From: Dehalococcoidia bacterium
GTDB lineage: Bacteria > Chloroflexota > Dehalococcoidia > Lucifugimonadales > UBA3495
Direction of reading: 5' to 3'
NCBI GenBank assembly: GCA_003523055.1
Contig: DPHC01000002.1
Span: 392,933 to 456,932 of the forward strand
Length of the DNA: 64,000 nt
Shown here: positions 37,967 to 46,867 of the stretch, one piece after another
Layout of the letters: the number at the start of each line of letters is the position of its first letter
Position numbering within the stretch: position 1 is the first letter of the stretch
Notes under the pieces: generated by a model
The model's input: the letters and a program-made list of their open reading frames with translations, nothing else
Told to the model about the DNA's origin: nothing
Databases searched by the model: none
Position numbers and translations under genes: made by a program

Positions 37967-38305
37967 TTACATCAAATATTTTTTGATATCAGCTCCGGCA
38001 AAAAACTCACCTTCAAAATAAACCATTGGTCGTTTGATCAGCTTCGGTTCTTCAATCATATAATTCATCTTGGATTCAGTAGTCATTTCGTCTAAGACCA
38101 ATTCAAGTTTTTTCACAGAAGGGCTTCTAGTAGCAAATATATAATCTATATCACAATATTTTAATATATCACTCAATTCTAATATAGTTAATTTGTTTTC
38201 AAATATATCTCTCTCAAAAATTTCGTAACCACGTTGCAAAAGCATCTCTTTCGCTTTTTTACAACTGCTTCAACGCTTCCAAGTATATAAATTAGCTGTT
38301 TTCAC
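37967..38305 (-). CDS. ArsC/Spx-family thioredoxin-fold protein with an in-frame TGA (38270..38272) at the first Cys of CxxC; candidate selenoprotein with U-S-S-C (112 aa if TGA = Sec)
   Basis: The ORF track gives only 37967..38245. The same frame upstream reads GTG(38305..38303) KTANLYTWKR-TGA-SSCKKAKE-M. An in-frame TAG sits immediately upstream of the GTG. GGAGGG lies 3 nt before the GTG, and the GTG overlaps the mutS stop (GTGA). The family motif LIKRPMV is present near the C-terminus. Confidence 0.68.
38233..38265 (-). promoter_or_regulatory. Candidate bacterial SECIS hairpin downstream of the ArsC/Spx-like TGA
   Basis: On the mRNA: GUUG-UAA-AAAAGC-[GAAAGAGAU]-GCUUUU-G-CAAC, a 4-bp lower stem, an internal loop, a 6-bp upper stem and a 9-nt loop starting with G. 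It begins 4 nt after the UGA, and the loop begins about 18 nt after it. Confidence 0.45.
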
Positions 38306-40929
38306 CTACCCTCCTTATGCTGTTCATTAATATCTGTTTTTAATTTATGCAATATGTTCATTGCTTCCATTGGAGTCATATTATTCATATCCAAGTCAGA
38401 CAGTTTTTCAGATATACCGTTAAAATCCCATGAAAGTTGGAGTTGATTATTACTTAATCCGTTCTTAGTATGATTATCTACATAAAGATTGTTCTCTTCA
38501 AATTCATACAATAAATCAGATGCTCTTAATAAAATAGATTTTGGCATTCCAGCTAATTTAGCGACATGTATTCCATAACTCTTATCAGAGCTGCCTGATA
38601 TTATCCTACGTAAAAATATTATATCGCCATTTTCTTCAGACACTGCAACATGGTAATTCTTAACTCTAGGTAAATGGCTCGATAACTCCGATAATTCGTG
38701 ATAATGAGTTGCAAATAAAGTCTTGCACCCCAAAGAAGGGTTATTGTGAATATATTCAATAACAGATTGCGCTATGGAAAGCCCATCATATGTGCTAGTA
38801 CCTCTGCCTATTTCATCTAAAATCAGTAGAGATTTGCTAGTGGCATGATTTAATATCGATGCTGTTTCTAGCATTTCTACCATGAATGTTGATTGCCCAG
38901 TGGTCAAATCGTCTTGTAATCCAATTCTTGTAAAAATTCTGTCAACCAAGCAAATATCAGCAGTTGTAGCCGGTACAAAACTACCGATATGGGCCATTAG
39001 TACTATTATAGCTGTTTGCCGTATGTATGTGCTTTTGCCAGCCATGTTAGGTCCCGTTAATACAATGACGTTGGCATCACCATTAGACATATACACATCA
39101 TTAGGTACATAATTCACTAATCCAATCACTTCTTCAACAACAGGATGCCTGCCATTTTTTATAATAATACGACGTTCATCATTAATATCTGGCCTGATAT
39201 AGCTATTATCTAATCCTATTCTCGCAAAAGAACAAATCACATCTATCACACTCAATGATTGGGACAATTGAATTAATTGGTCGTGATTTTCAGAGATTTG
39301 AAAACAAATCTGCCTGTACAAATCATTTTCCAGTAATTCAATTCGTTCTCTAGAGGTTAATATCTCGAGCTCATAGTCCTTTAATTGGGCTGTTATAAAT
39401 CGTTCGGCATTCGTCAAGGTCTGTTTTCTAATATAATCGTCTGGAACTGCAGTTAAATTAGCTCTACTAACTTCTATAAAATATCCAAATACTTGATTAA
39501 ATCCTATTTTTAAATTTTTTATTTCAGTTCTATTTCTTTCAATAAGCTCTAGTTCTGATATGAATGTTTTAGTTTCATTAGCCAAAGTTCGCAAAGAATC
39601 TAGTTCTTGAGAATACCCTGGTAGTATTGTTCTACCTTCCCCTACCTTTCCTTCAACATTTTCGTCTATACCAAAAGTTACAATATTAATAATTTCTTCA
39701 TTAACTTGAATTTGTTTACAAATTTCTAATAACGACTGGTCCGGGAGTTGTTGTATTATTTCGGATAAATCTATGGCCGTAGATAAAGTATTTTTTAGGC
39801 TTAACAAGTCATTCGGAGTGGCTTTATGGTACTTTATCTTACCTGATATACGTTCTATATCTGACACTTTATTCAATAGTTCTTCTACTTTTGTTAGTGC
39901 AAATAAATCATCGGTCAATGACTCTATTCCGTTTTGTCTAAGTATGATTTCTTTTTTTTCTAATAAAGGCTGTCCAATCCATTTTTTCAACAATCTAGCC
40001 CCCATCGGAGTTTTAGTGCGATTTAACGTGGAAAATAAAGTTTTGCTGGATCCAGATAATTTAGCTGTATCAAACAATTCTAAATTAAGCCTAGTTTGAA
40101 CATCTAAATTCATGTACTTATCAATAGAATAAAATTTGGGCTTTAATAAATGATTTTTTGTTGACTGTTGAGTTTCTTGTAAATAAGACAATAATGCTCC
40201 CGATGACTGAACCACTACATCACTAAGAGATATATTTTTTAAATCCTCTCCAGTTAATTCAAGGTTTTTTATCAACACTCCATTAAAATCTAGCGAATAA
40301 TACGAGTCGTCTAATATTGTAATAAAATTATGTCGGGATGGTCCACTCTGTAGTAAATCAATATCCGATACATCTGTGATCTTGGAAATATCAGATTTCA
40401 TACTTCCAGAAATCAAAATTTCAGAAGGATTCAATCTCGCAAGTTCCATCTTACATTGATCCAAAGATAGTTTCGTAACAAAAAATTCTCCAGTAGATAT
40501 ATCCACCGTTGATAATCCTATTGCACTATCATCCTTAAACAGAGAAACTAAATAATTATTGGATTGAACATCTAAAAAATCATCTTCAAAAACAGTTCCT
40601 GGAGTAACTACTCGGACCACACCTCGTTCTACTAGGTCTTTATTCTTAGTAGCAGCAGACAATTGTTCACAAATAGCCACTTTATACCCGATTTTAACCA
40701 ATCTACTCAAATACGTATCACAGGCATGAACAGGGATGCCAGCGAGTGGAACTACTACGTTTTTACCTAAGCTCTTTCGTGTTAATGCTATGTCTAATTC
40801 TTCAGAAATAATTTTTGCATCATCATCAAAGCATTCATAAAAGTCGCCCATACGAAAAAATAATATCGAATCTTCATAAGATTTCTTGATATTAATATAT
40901 TGTTCTCTAATTGGAGTCACGTAGTTCAC
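38302..40929 (-). CDS. mutS: DNA mismatch repair protein MutS
   Basis: 875 aa. N-terminal mismatch-binding region (FFRMGDFYE), Walker A GPNMAGKST and DEIGRGTSTYDG. Confidence 0.95.
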   Translation of the reverse strand: MNYVTPIREQYINIKKSYEDSILFFRMGDFYECFDDDAKIISEELDIALTRKSLGKNVVVPLAGIPVHACDTYLSRLVKIGYKVAICEQLSAATKNKDLVERGVVRVVTPGTVFEDDFLDVQSNNYLVSLFKDDSAIGLSTVDISTGEFFVTKLSLDQCKMELARLNPSEILISGSMKSDISKITDVSDIDLLQSGPSRHNFITILDDSYYSLDFNGVLIKNLELTGEDLKNISLSDVVVQSSGALLSYLQETQQSTKNHLLKPKFYSIDKYMNLDVQTRLNLELFDTAKLSGSSKTLFSTLNRTKTPMGARLLKKWIGQPLLEKKEIILRQNGIESLTDDLFALTKVEELLNKVSDIERISGKIKYHKATPNDLLSLKNTLSTAIDLSEIIQQLPDQSLLEICKQIQVNEEIINIVTFGIDENVEGKVGEGRTILPGYSQELDSLRTLANETKTFISELELIERNRTEIKNLKIGFNQVFGYFIEVSRANLTAVPDDYIRKQTLTNAERFITAQLKDYELEILTSRERIELLENDLYRQICFQISENHDQLIQLSQSLSVIDVICSFARIGLDNSYIRPDINDERRIIIKNGRHPVVEEVIGLVNYVPNDVYMSNGDANVIVLTGPNMAGKSTYIRQTAIIVLMAHIGSFVPATTADICLVDRIFTRIGLQDDLTTGQSTFMVEMLETASILNHATSKSLLILDEIGRGTSTYDGLSIAQSVIEYIHNNPSLGCKTLFATHYHELSELSSHLPRVKNYHVAVSEENGDIIFLRRIISGSSDKSYGIHVAKLAGMPKSILLRASDLLYEFEENNLYVDNHTKNGLSNNQLQLSWDFNGISEKLSDLDMNNMTPMEAMNILHKLKTDINEQHKEGR

Positions 40930-40968
40930 CGCACTTAATATTGTTTTAGAGAATATCTTTCAAATTAA

Positions 40969-41685
40969 CTATTCTTTCCAAAATCTTTCTTCAATGAAAT
41001 TCCATCCTTCTGATACTACATCTTCACGAACGTATTCAATCATACCAGGATGACCACATGCATAGACATAGGTTGATTGTTTCGAGAGTTTATTGATATT
41101 CAACTGGTCTTTAACGATGCTATTCACCCTACCAACATTGCCTAACCAGCCATCATTTCTTGAGTCATCAGGTCGGCTTATAGTGGGGATAAAATTCACC
41201 GTATTAGGAAAGTTCCGTGACAAATGAAATAATTCTTGGTCATAACACAATTCATCTTGGTAACTAGCACCCAATAAGACATAAAAAACTTTCTCTGAGC
41301 TGGAAGGTTGGTTTAAATAATCTCTTATCATACTTATGTACGGTGAAACGCCCGTCACTGTTGCAACCATTACATGGTGAGTGTACTCATTTTTCAAGAT
41401 AAATATACCTTTTGCTCTAGGTCGTAAGGAAACTTTATCTCCTAAATTTAATTTCCATATTTTAGGCGTCAATTCTCCATCAGGTACAAGTTCAATAAAA
41501 ATTTCTATCGTCTGTTCAAATGGTGCTGAAGCTATTGAATAAGCTCGTTCTATTCCATCTATACCTAGAGTGCAATACTGGCCAGGTTTAAAAGTAAATT
41601 GATTTTGTTCACATCTAAGAGTTATAACCATAAGATCTTCAGTTATTTTTTTTCTAGAAATTAACTGAGCCGTTGGAAGATTCAC
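40969..41685 (-). CDS. Ferredoxin-NADP+ reductase-type FAD/NAD(P)-binding oxidoreductase
   Basis: 238 aa. FAD motif RAYSIAS, NAD(P)-domain MVATVTGVSP and C-terminal YACGHPGM. Starts 6 nt after the NuoG/FdsA-like gene. Confidence 0.8.
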   Translation of the reverse strand: MNLPTAQLISRKKITEDLMVITLRCEQNQFTFKPGQYCTLGIDGIERAYSIASAPFEQTIEIFIELVPDGELTPKIWKLNLGDKVSLRPRAKGIFILKNEYTHHVMVATVTGVSPYISMIRDYLNQPSSSEKVFYVLLGASYQDELCYDQELFHLSRNFPNTVNFIPTISRPDDSRNDGWLGNVGRVNSIVKDQLNINKLSKQSTYVYACGHPGMIEYVREDVVSEGWNFIEERFWKE

Positions 41686-41691
41686 AGTTCT

Positions 41692-44520
41692 TTATCTCCT
41701 TTTGCTTATATTAGCAACAAGCACTTTTAATCCAGGGACATCAGACATAGGATCTATATTTTCACTATTTTGTAATTCGATCGCTAATTGCCCAAACAAA
41801 GAAGTAGTAGATAGAACACCTGAGGGAATTTTCTCATTAATTCTGACGGTGCCATTCATTTTTTGATTACTTGTTGTAACTGTAATTTTATCACCCTCAT
41901 TAATCAATAATTCTTTAGCAGAAGATACATTTAACTCAAATACATCTGGACGATGTATATAATTCTGATCACTTTCTTCTATTATTTTCATAGAGTTGCT
42001 TGAAGAGAACAAAACTCTCCCTTGGACCAACAACAAATCTGCAGTATTACAATCATTGACTTCGTTTACATTCACATCTGGAACGTACACACAAAAATGA
42101 GTTTCTACGCCTGGTGAGAATAGCTGGGAAGATCCATAAGGATTAGCGGTGCCAGCGGCAGGCCATTGCATACCATTACTTTCATAGCTAGCATATAGTT
42201 CTTGTGTAGGTTTAGGAGTATCATACCCTGATCTAAATACTAATTTTACATTTTTATCTAGAATTTCATATGAAATCCCTTCATATATATTGCACACTTC
42301 GGATATCTCGTCCATAACCGCAGATTCATTCTCAAAATTAAAACCGTCTAACGACCACAATTTTGCCAATTCGCTGGCAACCCATATTTCTGACTTGGCT
42401 TCATTGTTTTTAACAGGCATTACTTCTGAAAATTTTTGCACTCTTCTTTCTATATTTGTAAGAGTCCCAGATTTTTCAGCGAAAGTCAGTCTTGGAAGAA
42501 CCACATCTGCAATATCAGTCAATTGAGTTTCAAAACTATCTTGCACTACTAAGAAATCTAATTCTTGTAGCTGATTTGCTAAAAACCTCATCGAATCATC
42601 TGATTCAACTGGCAAATCTCCTATAACCATCATTTTTTTTATGCTTCCATCTGACACAGACACACCAAGGTTTCTAACGGGAATACCTGACTGGCTTGAT
42701 ATCTCAATTCCCCATTTATGTTTCAGTGTTTCAGCAGCTGTCTTATCTTCTACAAAACTACCTCCGGGCAATCTGTTTGGCATGCATCCCACATCTTGAG
42801 CACCTTGTTCATTAGCACCATATCGCATAGGGTATATGCCCGAACCAATTGTATTAATATTATCTGTAATTAGTGTCAAGTTAGTTAAATTTGCTACAAC
42901 ATAATCTGATATAGCATGCGAAATGGTGTCTAAGGAATATATAATTGATGCTGTATCAGATTGTGTTAACAATTGAGCGACACTCAATAAATCAGACTCG
43001 TCCACTTCTGTCGTACTGCAAATTTGAGAAAGATCTAAATTTTGGACATACAAACATAATTCATCTATATTTTTGATCGTATCGCGTAAGTTAGGAATAT
43101 CAATCAAATCATTATCAAACATCAATTTCATAATACCCAGCAATACCATATTTTCACTGCCAGGACGAGGCCTAATCCAAACATCGCTATGGCGAGTCAA
43201 TTCCACTTCTCTTACATCGATTACGATTAATTTAGCTCCGGATTTTATTGCTTTCTTTATGGGCAGAGATATGACATTTTGTTGTTCTGTAATGTTAGCG
43301 TTAAAGACTAATACACATTCAGATTTTGAAATGTCCCAAATAGATCCGGTTGCAGCCCCCATTCCTATCATTTTTTGCAAATTATCAGTCAATTCTGGGT
43401 GTATATTAGTAGATTGATCTATATTATTGGTTCCCATCTGCATCCTGACTAATTTTTGCCATATGTATAATTCTTCATTAGTGCTATCTTTAGCAGCTAG
43501 CAAAGCAAAATCCTCTTTGGAGCTTACGTTTAACTTATCTGATATTAATTTTAAAGCCTCTTCCCAGCTAACTTTTGCTAATTTTCCGTCTTTACGTATC
43601 ATTGGATGACGAATTCTTGAGGTAGAATTTACAAAATCCAGACCAAATTTCCCTCTAAAACAGGCTTGTCCATGATTTACTGGAGAATCTAATTCAGGCA
43701 CTACTCTAATCATTCGTCCAAATTCATTTAATTCAAAGTTCATCTGGCAACCAACAGGACATTGAGTACAAATAGTTTTTTTGATTTCTCGCGGTTTTTC
43801 CCATTTGTTTTCTCTTTCTACTAGGGCACCTACTGGGCACACATCTAAGCAAGCCCCACAAAATTCACAACCCGATTCTAATAAAGAAGACCCAAATGAA
43901 GTTCCTACTAATGCTCTGCCTCCTCGTTCAACAAACGTAATTGCGGAGTCTCCTCGTATTTCTTCGCAGACTCTGACACATCTTCCGCAAGTTATACATA
44001 AATTATAGTCCCTATCATAGAAAGGGTCTTTAATTTCTAGTGGAATCTCTTTATATTTATAGTCTAAATGGGATTCCAATTCCATCCCTAAATATCTCAC
44101 AGTATCTTTAAATTCACACCTTTCATTTTTGGGACAGGTTATACATCTGTCATTAACTGACACGTGCCTCAAGCAAACATCGCCTGGGCCGCAAATATCG
44201 ATACGGTGGCACGTCAAGCATCCATTTGGATGTTCTGCTATCATCATTTCTATTATGGATTTTCTAAGTTCATTTACCTCAGGAACATTATTGTTGATTA
44301 TCATTCCATCTTGAACTGGCAGTGTGCATGATGCTGGTGTTCCTCGGCCATCAACTACAGACACAACACAAGTACGACAAGCTCCAAAAGGTTTCATGCC
44401 AGGGTGATAGCACAAGTAAGGAATATATATGCCAGCGTCTATAGCGGCTTCCAATACCATTTTACCTGGTTCTGTTTTTACTTCTTGACCATCAATAGTA
44501 ATAGTTATTTCGTCTGGCAT
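41692..44520 (-). CDS. NuoG/FdsA-like Fe-S subunit with a molybdopterin-oxidoreductase-type C-terminal domain; the FDH Mo-ligand Cys/Sec appears to be absent
   Basis: 942 aa. N-terminal 2Fe-2S ferredoxin region (CYHPGMKPFGACRTC), 4Fe-4S motifs (CITCGRCVRVC, CEFCGACLDVCPVGA), MopB 4Fe-4S (CTQCPVGC...C) and a C-terminal MopB beta-barrel-like tail. The segment GTNNIDQSTNIHPEL aligns by eye with FDH GTNNVDCCARV[U/C]HGPS, placing Ile at the ligand position. Confidence 0.8.
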   Translation of the reverse strand: MPDEITITIDGQEVKTEPGKMVLEAAIDAGIYIPYLCYHPGMKPFGACRTCVVSVVDGRGTPASCTLPVQDGMIINNNVPEVNELRKSIIEMMIAEHPNGCLTCHRIDICGPGDVCLRHVSVNDRCITCPKNERCEFKDTVRYLGMELESHLDYKYKEIPLEIKDPFYDRDYNLCITCGRCVRVCEEIRGDSAITFVERGGRALVGTSFGSSLLESGCEFCGACLDVCPVGALVERENKWEKPREIKKTICTQCPVGCQMNFELNEFGRMIRVVPELDSPVNHGQACFRGKFGLDFVNSTSRIRHPMIRKDGKLAKVSWEEALKLISDKLNVSSKEDFALLAAKDSTNEELYIWQKLVRMQMGTNNIDQSTNIHPELTDNLQKMIGMGAATGSIWDISKSECVLVFNANITEQQNVISLPIKKAIKSGAKLIVIDVREVELTRHSDVWIRPRPGSENMVLLGIMKLMFDNDLIDIPNLRDTIKNIDELCLYVQNLDLSQICSTTEVDESDLLSVAQLLTQSDTASIIYSLDTISHAISDYVVANLTNLTLITDNINTIGSGIYPMRYGANEQGAQDVGCMPNRLPGGSFVEDKTAAETLKHKWGIEISSQSGIPVRNLGVSVSDGSIKKMMVIGDLPVESDDSMRFLANQLQELDFLVVQDSFETQLTDIADVVLPRLTFAEKSGTLTNIERRVQKFSEVMPVKNNEAKSEIWVASELAKLWSLDGFNFENESAVMDEISEVCNIYEGISYEILDKNVKLVFRSGYDTPKPTQELYASYESNGMQWPAAGTANPYGSSQLFSPGVETHFCVYVPDVNVNEVNDCNTADLLLVQGRVLFSSSNSMKIIEESDQNYIHRPDVFELNVSSAKELLINEGDKITVTTSNQKMNGTVRINEKIPSGVLSTTSLFGQLAIELQNSENIDPMSDVPGLKVLVANISKRR

Positions 44521-44532
44521 GTTAACTCCATA

Positions 44533-46254
44533 TTATCTTCTTGTACGTTTAGGAGAAAATCTTTTTTTATTGCATACTTTAGTTAGGCAAGTATGTCCAA
44601 TTATATGTTGATTAAACTCTTCGGAAAAATATTTAATGGCAGAAGCTACTGGATTAAAACCAAGCTGACCGTGGCCACACAATGAACCAGCTTGCATATT
44701 TTCTCCTATACTCCTCATAAGGTCCAAATCTTCTTCAGTTCCTTCTAAATCGCAGATACGCTCTAACACTTCTAAGAGGTGACTCATTCCCATTCGGCAC
44801 GGGAAACATTTACCGCAAGATTCATATTGGCAAAATGCTATTAGTGAACGAGTTAAATCCACAATACAAGTCCGTTCATCTGCTGCAATGATGCCTCCGG
44901 ATCCCAAAATCGCTCCAGCATTTCTAAAAGACTCGTAATCTAGGATCAGATCTATGTTATCGGCATTCAAGACTCCACCCAGCGGGCCTCCAGTTTGAAC
45001 TAACTTTAAATTCCTACCTTCTGGGATTCCTCCAGCAAGATCAAACAATATATCTTTTAAATTAAGCCCCATTGGAACTTCTATCATACCTGTTCGGTTC
45101 AGAGAGCCTGACAAACATAAAATAGCGGTACCTTTGCTTTGCTCATATCCAATTTCTGAAAACCATTGGCCTCCCTTTCTGACTATTTCAGGGACGTACG
45201 ACAAAGTTTTTACATTATTGATATTAGTTGGCTTCCCAAACACTCCTACTTGTGCAGGGAACGGTGGCCTATATCTCGGCATAGCTCGTTTCCCTTCTAT
45301 AGCTTCCATCAGTGCCGTTTCTTCTCCTGCGACGTATGAATCTCCAGTTAACGCAATTTCTAGGTCAAATGAGAAATCTGTGCCTAGTATATTTGTTCCC
45401 AATAAACCTTTTTCATATGCTTGCTTTACTGCGGTTTTAGCTCTTTCAATTGGTCCATCATGTCCATGCCTTATGAATATATATCCTCTGTTTGAATTAG
45501 TCGCATAGCCTGCAAGAGCAATGCCTTCTACGACTGTATGTGGGTCACTTTCTAATATTCCTTTATCATTAAAAGCTCCAGGGTCTCCTTCCTCGCAATT
45601 ACATAGAATATATTTATCCTTAGCAGGATTAGAGGCTAAGAAGCTCCATTTTACTCCTGTAGCAAATGCCGCTCCTCCTCTTCCTCTCAATCCAGATTCT
45701 TTTACTTCGTTGAGAGTAGACTCAGGATCCAATTCGAACAATGCCCGATTCAAAGCATAGTATCCTCCATTGGATATGTATTGATCGATATCATACGGGT
45801 CAATATTACCGGCATTCCTCAACGAGATCCGTAATTCTTTAGATTTCATCGGGTGATCTTCTAACTTAGTTACACCTTCTAATTCCATATCACCGCTATA
45901 TAAAAAAACGTGCTTATTGGGGATTTGGTTATCAATAATATGAGACTGTATAATATCCTCAAGGTTATCTTCGGATACGTTATTATAGAAAATTCTATTT
46001 CCACCTGGCATCTGAATATCTAATAAAGGTTCTGCAAAACATAAACCTATGCATCCAACTTCACTGACGTTGGCTTGGATACCTAACATCTCTAAGCAGT
46101 TGGAAATAGAATTATATATTTGCTTACTTCCTGCAGCTTCTCCACACAGAGCAGTACCTATTCTGATCCATGGTAATTCACCTTGGTTCAGGTGATTCCA
46201 TTTTTCTTGCGCCTGTGCAGATATTTTCTTAAATGAGTCAGTCTCTACTACCAC
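44533..46254 (-). CDS. NuoF/FdsB-like NADH-binding FMN / 4Fe-4S subunit with an N-terminal extension
   Basis: 573 aa. GRGGAAF occurs at about residue 190. N3-cluster cysteines lie in ESCGKCFPCR and SLCGHGQ. The roughly 120-aa N-terminal extension contains Cys residues (GTALCGEA, CIGLCFAEP). Confidence 0.88.
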   Translation of the reverse strand: MVVETDSFKKISAQAQEKWNHLNQGELPWIRIGTALCGEAAGSKQIYNSISNCLEMLGIQANVSEVGCIGLCFAEPLLDIQMPGGNRIFYNNVSEDNLEDIIQSHIIDNQIPNKHVFLYSGDMELEGVTKLEDHPMKSKELRISLRNAGNIDPYDIDQYISNGGYYALNRALFELDPESTLNEVKESGLRGRGGAAFATGVKWSFLASNPAKDKYILCNCEEGDPGAFNDKGILESDPHTVVEGIALAGYATNSNRGYIFIRHGHDGPIERAKTAVKQAYEKGLLGTNILGTDFSFDLEIALTGDSYVAGEETALMEAIEGKRAMPRYRPPFPAQVGVFGKPTNINNVKTLSYVPEIVRKGGQWFSEIGYEQSKGTAILCLSGSLNRTGMIEVPMGLNLKDILFDLAGGIPEGRNLKLVQTGGPLGGVLNADNIDLILDYESFRNAGAILGSGGIIAADERTCIVDLTRSLIAFCQYESCGKCFPCRMGMSHLLEVLERICDLEGTEEDLDLMRSIGENMQAGSLCGHGQLGFNPVASAIKYFSEEFNQHIIGHTCLTKVCNKKRFSPKRTRR

Positions 46255-46299
46255 AAGCTATCCTAAAAACCTTTCCAATGTATGTTCCAGTGTGATCAT

Positions 46300-46761
46300 T
46301 TACTTTAATCCTTCAATTTTATTTTTCAACAAGGATTTTGTAACACGCCCTATTAAATGATGATCAATCGCTACAACAGGGGCCTGCGCACATGCTCCTA
46401 AGCATGTGTTAAAGCCTAATTCTATTTCTCCATTTTGAGTTCGACCTTCTTCAGTTATATCCAAAGATTCAAAAGCTTCTTCAAAAATTTCCATAGCACC
46501 AGCAATATGACATGTCGGGCCCCAACATATTTCTATATTACACTTAGCAGGTTCTTCGAATTTGAAGTTTGGGTAGAAAGAAGCAACTGCCCACACGTCA
46601 TTTACAGTTGTATTGGGAATTTCTAAAGAAACAACTTCCATTGATTCCTTAGGTATGTAACCTATTTTATCTTGTATTGCCAATAATGATGACAATACAG
46701 TTTTGGTGGGTTGTTCTTGGCTACGAACGGCATTTGTGATAGCAGTGGTAAGCACATCCAT
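46300..46761 (-). CDS. NuoE/FdsG-like thioredoxin-like [2Fe-2S] subunit
   Basis: 153 aa. 2Fe-2S ligand pairs are CWGPTCHIAG and CLGACAQAP. Confidence 0.88.
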   Translation of the reverse strand: MDVLTTAITNAVRSQEQPTKTVLSSLLAIQDKIGYIPKESMEVVSLEIPNTTVNDVWAVASFYPNFKFEEPAKCNIEICWGPTCHIAGAMEIFEEAFESLDITEEGRTQNGEIELGFNTCLGACAQAPVVAIDHHLIGRVTKSLLKNKIEGLK

Positions 46762-46867
46762 CCGGATAAACCTCTTCCTAATTACAGCGTCCTTTCATAC
46801 TACCATACCCCCATATACCGTTCAACTAATATGTGACTTCAGGACTTCTTATTGCAAGGAAGAAAAA

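Noticed and set aside
27872-38272. The possibility that the in-frame TGAs reflect a reassigned genetic code (TGA = Trp or Gly, codes 4/25) rather than site-specific recoding
   Set aside because: TGA terminates nuoD exactly at the family-conserved GEVDR C-terminus. It also ends speE, speH, mutL, mutS, the PHP protein and the CinA/NadD fusion at normal lengths. All other proteins have family-typical sizes under the standard code.
41692-44520. Calling the 942-aa protein a catalytic formate dehydrogenase alpha subunit
   Set aside because: By-eye alignment places Ile, not Cys or Sec, at the Mo-ligand position (STNIH versus ARV[U/C]H). No FDH accessory genes are adjacent. It is kept as NuoG/FdsA-like only; a real alignment is needed.
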